Assembly: GCA_017654855.1 (NCBI GenBank) | Contig: CM030337.1 | Location: 930,001-994,000, forward strand | DNA length: 64,000 nt | Direction of reading: 5' to 3' | Source of the DNA: Podospora anserina | Lineage: Eukaryota | Shown here: in pieces, positions 13,932-23,721 of the stretch | Layout of the letters: every line of letters starts with the position of its first letter | How positions within the stretch are numbered: the stretch's first letter is position 1 | Notes under the pieces: generated by a model | What the model saw: the letters and a program-made list of their open reading frames with translations, nothing else | The model's database searches: none | Told to the model about the DNA's origin: nothing | Position numbers and translations under genes: made by a program

Positions 13932-16673
13932 ATGGAGTTCTTCATCGAGTAAGCAGTACCTGATGTGTTTGTCCCGGGAAAGCAAATTAACATGACCAAG
14001 TGACCTTCGGGTCCTCTTCCCATACCCCCGAATCTATCCAGGTAAGCCCGCACTACCCTGAACACTGAACCTCCTGCTGCATGTGTTGCTAACCTTTCCA
14101 CAGAACAATATGCGTACGTATTCTTTTGGGGTCTAAGCGGTGATCTTTTTTGCTGATACTCAAATGCCATGGCACAGCTACATGGTCGATTTGAAGAGTG
14201 GGTCTCCTCAAGCTACCCGTCATATGAGCAATCCCTAACACAAGACAGAAACGCTCGATGCCGGCGGAAACTGCGTTTTGGAAATGCCTTCGGGCACAGG
14301 GAAAACTGTCACCCTGCTCTCCCTCATTGTGGCCTATCAGATGTCGTCACAAGAGAAGCGACCGCTCATCTACTGCTCCCGTACCATGTCCGAGATCGAA
14401 AAGGCTCTGGTAGAACTCAAGGCCCTGATGAAGTTTCGAGCCGAGAGACTGGGGCATGAAGAGGATTTCCGGGCCATGGGTCTAACGTCCAGAAAGAATC
14501 TATGTCTGCACCCAGACGTGAAACGAGAAAAGAGCGGTAGTGTTGTCGATGCCCGCTGCCGCAGCTTGACAGCCGGCTTCATTCAGGAGAAGAAGAGGAA
14601 GGGCGAAGATGTAGACGTCTGCGTTTATCACGATGTAGGCATTTCGGATCCTGGGTCAAGATACCTGGCTAATACCTGGCAGAACCTCGACAACCTTGAA
14701 CCGCACAATCTCATACCCAACGGTGTTTGGTCTCTCGATGGCCTGCTCAGATACGGCCAGAAACACACGCAATGCCCCTACTTCACCGCGCGGAGGATGA
14801 TGAGCCAGTGCAACGTGGTGATTTACAGCTACCACTATCTGCTCGACCCAAAGATTGCCGAGCGTGTTTCCAAAGACTTCTCCAAGGACTGCATCGTTGT
14901 CTTTGACGAGGCTCACAACATCGACAACGTCTGCATCGAATCACTCAGCACTGACATCACTGAGGAATCTCTACGGAGGGCTACCAGGGGAGCCCAGTTT
15001 CTAGAGAACAGGATCAATGAAATGCGAGACTCTGATCAGCAAAAGCTGCAAGACGAGTATGAGAAGTTGGTTGAGGGTCTCAGGGGCGACGATGAAACTC
15101 GCGAAGAGGACTCGTTCATGGCGAATCCTAGTAGGTGTATTTTCGCAAGGGGCCATCGGGGACAGGTGTGCTAATTTTTGCCTTAGCCCTTCCAGAAGAC
15201 CTTCTCAAAGAAGCAGTGCCAGGTAACATCAGACGAGCCGAGCACTTTGTTGCATTTCTGAGGAGATTCATCGAGTACCTCAAGACCCGCATGAAAGTCC
15301 GGCAGGTCATCTCAGAGACCCCCCCTTCTTTTCTGGCCCATCTGAAGGAGTACACTTTTATCGAGAAGAAGCCGCTCCGATTCTGCGCCGAGCGACTCAC
15401 GTCCCTGGTGAGGACGCTGGAGCTGACCAGAATCGAAGACTACCAACCCCTGCAAGAGGTGGCCACCTTTGCAACCCTGGTAGCGACCTACGAGAAGGGT
15501 TTCCTCCTGATCCTAGAGCCCTACGAATCAGACACAGCTGAGGTGCCCAACCCGGTGCTCCACTTCACCTGCCTGGACGCTGCCATCGCCATCAAGCCGG
15601 TATTTGACCGGTTCAGCTCGGTCATCATCACCTCTGGTACCATCTCGCCACTCGAGATGTACCCCAAGATGCTCAACTTTGAGACGGTGGTGCAAGAGTC
15701 ATATTCCATGACCCTGGCAAGGAGATCATTCCTGCCCATGATTGTCACGCGGGGAAGCGACCAAGCCACAATCTCAACGGGCTTCCAGGTCCGGAACGAA
15801 CCTAGTGTCGTTCGAAACTACGGCAGTCTACTCGTGGAGTTTGCAAAGATCACACCTGACGGAATCGTCTTGTTCACCCCGAGCTACTTGTACCTCGAAT
15901 CGCTCATTTCCATGTGGCAGGGCATGGGCGTGTTGGACGAAGTGTGGAAGTACAAGCTCATCCTCGTCGAGACGCCCGACGCGCAGGAGACGGCGCTGGC
16001 GCTCGAGACGTACCGCACCGCGTGCAAGAACGGGCGGGGGGCGGTGTTTTTGTGCGTCGCGAGAGGGAAGGTGTCGGAGGGCGTTGATTTTGACAAGGAG
16101 TTTGGCCGTACTGTCATCAACATCGGTGTTCCGTTTCAGTACACCGAGTCGCGCATCCTGAAAGCGCGGTTGGAGTTTTTGAGGGAGACGTACCGCATCA
16201 GGGAGAATGATTTTCTCTCTTTTGACGCGATGAGGCATGCTGCCCAGTGCTTGGGGAGGGTTATCCGCGGCAAGGACGACTACGGCGTCATGGTGCTTGC
16301 GGATAGGAGGTTCAAGTCAAAGATTCAGCAGCTGCCCAAGTGGATCCATCAGGCGCTGCTTGGTGCGGATACTAATCTGAGTACGGATATGGCGGTTAGT
16401 AACGCGAGGAGGTTTTTCAAGATGATTGCCCAACCTTTCCGAACTGAAGACCAGGAAGGTATCAGTATCTGGACGCTTGAACAGCTCAAGCAGCATCAGA
16501 GGAAGATGCAGGAGGAGTTGATTAGGGAGTTGCAGGCTACGGAGGAGAAGAGGGTGAATCAACAGCAGCAGGCGCAACAGGCGCAACAGTTTATTTCTGC
16601 GAGGGAGAGGCCGGATAGTGATTACGAGATGGATGAGGATGATGAGGCTGAGTTGATGGCGTTGGATCCGTAG
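13932..16673 (+). CDS. RAD3: TFIIH 5'-3' DNA helicase RAD3/XPD (ERCC2), ~802 aa, 7 exons
   Basis: Exons 13932-13948, 14001-14041, 14104-14113, 14178-14197, 14249-14634, 14683-15130, 15187-16673 (2409 nt, in frame). Spliced N-terminus [49 protein letters not shown]. Fe-S cysteines (RKNLC, ARC, DVC, QCPYF), FDEAHNID, ITSGTISP, ARGKVSEG and QCLGRVIRGKDDYG motifs. Confidence 0.97.
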
Positions 16674-17247
16674 TCGCTGACTTCACACGCGCTTGGGTTG
16701 TTAGATAATCGGTAGTTATTTGTAACACATAGTATCATCAATCAATATATGTCGTGGGGAGAAAAATAGAGACTGCTACGTTGGCCGAGGCTATTAACGA
16801 TGGTTAGTAGGCCTTGAATGATGGTTGGAAGCCCTTGACCGATAGTCGAAGGGCCTTGGGGCTGGCTTTGAATGCCATGATTCCACGTTGCTGTCTCTGT
16901 TAGGTATTTTGTCTACCGCATGAGCAGTCTATCTCCTAGGTAGCAGGCAAGAGACTCTGAGTCCAAGACCAAAGTTCCAGGCCATGATGTGATTGTGGGT
17001 TTCCACGATTCGGGGTTGCCGATGGTGTGTGCCATCAGTTTTTTCCCGCTCGTTCAACTCACCGAATATGCAGGTTGTGCGGTGGTAGGCTCGTCAGCTT
17101 GCTCGAGTGGGTGAGGTGGGTGGTATCCGGGTAAATCCCACCTTTTAGACCTCACACATTCTTTCTTGCTCTCTCCCATCGAAAGATCACCCTTGACTGC
17201 GAACTGTCGCGTCCAAGGCAAAACCGTTTGCGGCACGGGTACCTTAA

Positions 17248-17267
17248 GGTAGGTAGGTAGGTAGGTA
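17248..17267. repeat. (GGTA)5 tetranucleotide repeat
   Basis: Read directly from the sequence. Confidence 0.85.
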
Positions 17268-18327
17268 CGCAAGGCTTTCTCGCCTCGGAGGGTGGGAAGT
17301 CACCAGCATGCAATACCACCTTCATGGGCCATCACAGCTCCAATGAAGGATGAGATGCAAGCCAACCCTTCTGGAAGGGTGGAGGAACCAAAAAGGAAGA
17401 TATCCCGACGTTTTATTGAGTGTGTTCTAGCGTGCTTCGGTGCATTAGTGATGACACCCCCAACTCTTTGATGCACCCTTCCCCCCGCGCGCAAGAATCC
17501 TTCTTTGATACCCTAGAGTGATCTTGAAGATGGTGGCTTGCGGAAGGGGATCGGTGGGCATGGATCGGGTGGGCATGGTGGCGGTGACGGCAAGGCTGAC
17601 TTCCTTGTGCTTGTTGGAGATGATGTCGTGATGGTGATGGTCGTTAGAGATACACCTGTCCATCATCCCCCCAACGGTGCTTGAGCAAGTTTCCCTTGTT
17701 CGAGTCATTCGGTAACTCCGATCACTCGGATTCTGAATACCGTTTCAATGAGTGGTATCTACACTTGCTTTGGCACACCCCTAACAGCAACCACTACCTC
17801 GTGGGGCAGCATGAGAAACGGTGACGCTTGTCATGCTCACAGTCCTCGTATTATTTCTCCTTAACAAGGCTCGCAGCTTGCAAAACTTGGAAAGCTATTG
17901 GACCATGCAGGAACATGGCGTCCCCCACCACAAACATGCATACAACTCGTGGTAAACTCGTGGCAGCCACATCTTATTTTCCCTGCTGCAAGAAGTGCTG
18001 TGATGAGATAACGGTGCATGGACTTGACAGCTCGAAAGGTGAGTCCTAGTTGGGAAGGTTGAGATGCATATCAGTGTTGGTGGCATATGAAAGGCAGGTT
18101 GTTGGTTGAGGGGTGGTTTATGCTTCAATGAAGCGACATTAGGATTCAAAAGTGGAATGGTTGGTAATGAATAAAAAGTCTTGATTGTTTAAGTTGATAC
18201 CTGGTAGGTAAGGTCTGAAGTAAGGTCTGGTATCAGGGAACACGGTGTGTGTTGAAGATTTTGGCAGAAAGTGCACTGGTGGTTGACGGACATGTCGCAA
18301 GAGAAGAACCCCGTGCATGTGCAGTAA

Positions 18328-18329
<2 letters not shown>

Positions 18330-18362
<33 letters not shown>
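18330..18362. repeat. (CAT)11 microsatellite
   Basis: Read directly from the sequence. Confidence 0.9.
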
Positions 18363-18363
<1 letters not shown>

Positions 18364-18539
18364 GGGACCTCATGATAATCGGCGTCGGAGGATAGGGAAA
18401 GCTGTGTCGGCAAGTTTGTTACATTAGTAGACTTGTTGTGGAAGAGCGGGAGCCTGTGTGTGTTTACATCTCCATAGATGCGGTGTTGGTGGTTTGTTCA
18501 TCAGCATGAGCAGAGCCATCCGAGCTTCCTGTTGGCAAG

Positions 18540-20297
18540 TTAGCAACATACAAACAGTGAAATGGAAGAAAAACTTATCCTCGTCTCCGAGGGGCCGCCC
18601 TCCCAACTTTTCAGCGGGGAGGACGACCAGGACCACCTCTTTCGAGGTTGTCCCTGTTCCAAAGATAAGCCACATCTTGCCAGCCAACCAAGAACACCAG
18701 CAGCCCTTCCCCGAGAAACCAAGGATCCAGACAAGCAAAGAAAGAAGAAACCAGAGACCAGACAAGTACGAAACTTTGACTCCAACTCTAGATGGGTCCC
18801 GGCAACTGATCCCCTCTCCCTCCACCCACCCTTCAACCAAGACCCCCAAGTTCGAAGCATTCAGTCCAAACCAGTTGACCGGCCACCTCCCAGACACCAC
18901 ACCCTCACAAAAAGAGTACCCAGATCTCCGCAAATCAATCCAGCAGCCGAACCTCGTCGTCATCGATGCAGCAAATGTCAAAATCGGCAGCCAAAACTCG
19001 CAGGAACCCGAATACCCAAGACCGAACCGGACAAGCTCTTTCCGTGTGTATCGCACTGCCAACAGGGACTAGTTTTTGATTCCTCTCCATCCAGTACCAT
19101 AAGTGGCGGGCTAAGGAGGGCATTAACGCGCGGACAAAAGACATCCTTAAAAACCGCGCTGTCGTCTCCAACCGATATGCCCTTTTCAGGACACACAGTC
19201 GAAGGAAGGTTGCGTCAAAGACACGGTTGTTTGGCGTCGTCGCCGGACGTAGGACAAAGCCGTACGAGGGCGAGTTAATGCGCCTAGTCGGATACTATGA
19301 AGTTCACAGACACGCCGAGCAGATCTGCCGCAACGTGGTCCTGGGGGTCGGGCTGTCTTGGGTGGGTTCGTACGCATGCAGAGAGAAGATGAAGATCGAG
19401 GGTACCGAGAGCGTGATAGTCTGGCGGAAATGTCATCATTGGGGTCTCCGTATGTAGTCCAACAGCCCTCGCTCATCTTGCGATGATTCCGGCGAGGTGA
19501 GTTGCGGACGAGAAGATGTGAAACCCCAATGTAGATGACCGTACGAAGCCAGACTGCGCTCTCCCTCTCACTTCGAAGCTGCACAGCAACCAAAAGAGCA
19601 TGCTGGCCGAAGCCGACAAGGCAGTCCCCACACCCGCCAAGCAGCTGGACACCAAACCAGAACATCCATCGTGACCAGAGCCAAAATACCCCAGAGCCAA
19701 GTTCCTGACGAGCGACCTCATATCGAGGCCCTTACCATGTGGACTCATAGGAACTGACGTCGCCCACCAAAAGGTGTCTGGAAGATCGCCCCGCCGGTCG
19801 GCCCGCATTGCCCCTATCAGGTGCATCCGCATCGCTTTTCAGCGACCGACTTCACGTCAGAGAGCGCAGGCTTAGAAGACGCTTTGAATGACTGTTGAAG
19901 CGCAAGACTTGTTGACCAAATAAAAACTTAGGGTTAAGTTCCGAAGCTGATTCACCTCGCGGGACTGACGCCAAAGCGATGGCCGCAGTAATCCCTGCGC
20001 GGCAGGCTTGGAGGTTCCTGATACAGGATCGAAGCTGCGACGTACTGCCGACAGTCCAGAACCCAGTGAGGTGGCCCCGGAGGAGCATTCCTTGCGGAAA
20101 ACCAGAGTCGGAGAACTGTGGAGGAGGCGCCGTGCGTTTGTAGAGTGGTGAAAGAGCTTGGTCCGGCCGATACAGTGATGCCAGGGCTGTTTGTTGAGGC
20201 TGTATATCTCGATGTTGGATTGTCAGATGCTGCGTCTCTGACGAGGTCATTGAATCGATATGTTTTGGTCGAAGGCGGTTCCTTTCGGACATTGTGA
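18540..20297 (+). pseudogene. Possible decayed orphan gene (disordered-protein-like fragments broken by stops and frameshifts)
   Basis: Two overlapping >200-codon plus-strand ORFs (18458-19072, 18562-19278). A P/K/S/T-rich frame at ~19480-19875 with TGA at 19498, 19519 and 19672 (contains SPRRSARIA). A protein-like tail VVKELGPADTVMPGLFVEAVYLDVGL...FRTL* ending at 20297. No recognisable domain. Confidence 0.3.
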
Positions 20298-20657
20298 GGC
20301 GATTGGTGATGTTGGTATTGGATGTTTGGAGGGGAAGGGTGCAAGTCAAGTGAAGAAGACGCGTTCAAATGCCGAACACCGCGTCGAGTGCACAGACCAT
20401 CAGACCCACCTTGGCTGCAAACAGCTCAGAAGCTTCGCGACGTCATGGGCTCTTGCCCAGTAAGCAGACCACTACCAACCACACCGGCCGGAAGGCACTC
20501 AGTGAAATACTCACTGCTTGAGGGGGCGAGCATCTAGGCTTGACGATTTCAATATAAACTGGTAGAAGTCTTCCATTTGTTTCCCTCGGAGCGACGCTTG
20601 GTCTGATATCAGATTTCTGCCATCACATCGCCTCTGACATCATCGAAAAGACCCGCC

Positions 20658-23447
20658 ATGGATCCAGCAGCTACCGAGCAAAAGAGAAACAATGCCCGCC
20701 AGAAGCTGATGCAGTTTATTCTGGACATTGGATCCAAGGCATTTTCCCCAGACGTCCCCGAATCATCCCGTGTGGAAGGAAGGAAGGAGTGGGATGATGC
20801 GATTCAGAGGCAAGGATAGCCCAATGAATTCTCTTGAGCAAGGCCTTGATCTGACAATTGTCCCAGGATAAAGACCTTCAACCTCATAGCTGCCCTCAAT
20901 ATTCTGGTTAGACCCGGTCACGCACCAGCATGGCTACGCCCAAAGCTGATGGAAGCTTTGACCCTGATCCCCCTCCGTCCGGACGGCGTCAGGGCCACCA
21001 TGGAGTTCGTCTTTGCTGTTCACCCCTCCAGCACGGTAAGAGTGTCGGAGGCGGCTGTTCCCCAGAAGAGAGGCGCGAACATCACCCACGAGGCCCTAGA
21101 GATGGCCAGTAAACTGCTTTCGATTTCTTCTTCCTCGGTCACGCCCGAAATATGGTACTCAAGCATTGCGCCACAGCTCTTGGTACTGCTCGATGGAGAC
21201 GAGGGCCCGGAACTCACGAGAACGGCGTCCTACATCATTGGCTTTGGGATTCTGGGACGCAAGGCGTCTGGAGCTCCAGGAACTGCAGGCTGGAAATGCC
21301 TCGCTGAGCCTTTGCTCTATGCCATCAAGCCTCCGCCGAATGCTCAGCCACCAAGTACCGAGGATGACGACGAGATTGTTGACCTCAGCAAAGAGAGAGT
21401 TCTTGTGGAATACCAGGATCTCGTCACTGCTCTGCGCCGGCTCAGGTCGTTAGTTGTTTCACACCCAAACCAGGGCTTGGCCAAACGCTTGCTGTCGCCA
21501 TTGCTGCCGTCCTTGTGGACACTCTCTACATGGAACAGAGCCAGCTCAGAGCTCTCGGACAAGGTCTGCGGTCCGGCTTCAGAATTACTAAAGATATACC
21601 TGAAGCTTGCCCCCTCTCCAGAACTCGTGCTTTACCTGATAAGAAATCTTGGGTATGTTGGAGGATACAACCGACAGAGTCCTGAATGGGTCTACAAAGA
21701 GACAGGCAAGCATGAGATCGACATTGTGGAAAGAAAACCTCGCGCTTTTTTCATTGGCGGCGCCCCAACAGTCCCTCAAGTCACCATGGAGGACATCGAG
21801 ACTAAGATCACCACCTTGCTTGACTTGATCACAACGACCATGTCGGATGCCGACATCATCGGCGCTTTCCTTGAGCTCCTGAAACGATGGTTCAAGGCAG
21901 CACGGCAGTCAAGAGACGGAAGTGTTCTCATCAAGGAAGAGTCTGAGGAAACTCGAGACCCCTTGGAGCAGCTCATTGAGATCAAGACCCTCCAATCCAT
22001 GATGGAGAAAGTCCCAAACAAGCTCGCCACGCAACCTCGGGCCATCCTCGACCTGGTCAGCGAGATATTGGCGAGCTCTGCCGCCGCATCCGACGAGGAC
22101 CACAATGATGATGAGGTAACAGGCGTAGCCCTGAGCCTTCTCAACATGATCGTCACAGTCCCCGGCTTCCAAAAATCCCGGGTCAACCCTGACACTTTGT
22201 CCCTTATCGAGACCTCTCTCGACAAGCTCTCCAAATCCCGCACCGACGTCGGGAAAACAGCCAACAACCTCGGCCTCCTACTCCTCTACCGAGACCAGAT
22301 CGACGACCCATCCGAGTCTCTCCTCCCACCTGCCCCGGCAGACCGCCAAATCGAAGACCGCAAAACGTACAGCCTCGCCATTTCCTACATCACCGCCCCT
22401 GACTCCCCCCCCCCGGTAAGGTCTGAAGGCCTGCATCTAATCGGCACCCTCATAACCTCGCACTCCCCCGTCCTCGACATCCCAGGTATTCTAGTCCTGC
22501 TGTCATCCCTCATCTCGGACAGCGACGAGTACATCTACCTCCGCATCATCAAACTCTACACCCTCCTCGCAGGCTCCCACCCCAGAGCTGTGACGAACGA
22601 TTTGCTTGACCAGTTCATTGACGCTAAGGAGACTTACTCTGTCGATGCCCGGCAGCGGTTCGCTGAGGCGTTGTCACAGGTCATCGAACGTCTAGGGGAG
22701 ACTTTTACCGGTGATCTCGCGCAACGTGTAGGCGATGGTCTACTCTCCGTCGCCGGCCGGAGAGCTCACAGGCCCAAAACTGAAGCTAGGCAGGCGAGGG
22801 AGGCCAAGGTGCAGGAGAGGAAAAATAAGGAAGCGGCTGATGCCTGGGGGGGTGAGGTGCCTGACTTTAGTGACCCGACGACGCCGGAGGAGAAGGCGAG
22901 GAATGAGATTTTGGAAAGGATTGTTGAGGGGTGGGAGTCGAAGAGGGGGAGTGAGGATATCAGGGTCAGGGCTTCGGCTTTGGGGGTTTTGGGGATGGGG
23001 ATGGAGGTTAATGTAAGGGGCATGGGGGTTAGGGTTGTTAATTTGGCGGTTGAGCTGGCGGTTAGTATTTTGCAGGTGGAGAGGGGGGTGGAGGGGGGGA
23101 TTTTGAGGAGGGGGGCGGTGATGATGGTGAATGAGTTTGTGAGGGCGTTGGATAGGGTTGGGGAGGGGTTTGGGTTTGGGTTTGGGTTTGGGGAGAGGGC
23201 AAGGGAGGATTTGATGAGGACGCTTGGGTGGGTTAAGGATACGGATGGGGATGGGCTGGTGAGGAGGCAGGCAGGAGATGTGGTGGAAAGTTTGGAGGCT
23301 TGGGGGGTTAGGAGGTTGGTCGGGAATGGGGAGGAGGATAAAGGGATGGGGATGCTGAGGGGGTTGGTGGTGAATCCGGTTGAGAGGGTGAATCCGGCTG
23401 TGGGCGAGGAGAAGGTGGGGAGGGTGAGGATTGAGGAGGTTGAGTGA
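20658..23447 (+). CDS. RTP1: RTP1/TANGO6-family protein (RNA polymerase II assembly/nuclear import factor, HEAT-like), ~910 aa, 2 exons
   Basis: ATG 20658 (GCCATGG). Intron 20810-20866 (GCAAGG...CTGAC...CAG) joins into the 832-aa ORF. Segments EDRKTYSLAISYITAPDSPPPVRSEGL...DSDEYIYLRII and EDIRVRASALGVLG resemble the RTP1_C1 and RTP1_C2 domains. Confidence 0.85.
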
Positions 23448-23721
23448 ATTATTAGGCTTTATGCTTGAGATTAGGCTTTTATATCACTGCTTTTGAACAT
23501 TGCGTTCTGTTTTGTGATCTTTCGGCTTGGTGTTGTGCAAGTGTAATAGGTACGTACCTTTCTTGGCAACCCGTGACAGCGCGTGTATCCCGACGTGTTT
23601 TCGTCCCACCTTTCTGCATCCCCGCAGCAAGCAAGCAGCAGGCAAGCCACTATCTAAACCAAGCTGCACCGCGTTCAATCAACCATCCCAAAACAACGAC
23701 ACCAAAAAGTAAAATAAAAAA

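Noticed and set aside
16671-16716. UAG stops of RAD3 and of mus7 (50973-50971) as further editing/readthrough sites
   Set aside because: Followed by only ~13 and ~6 sense codons, with no hairpin like the RGS one.
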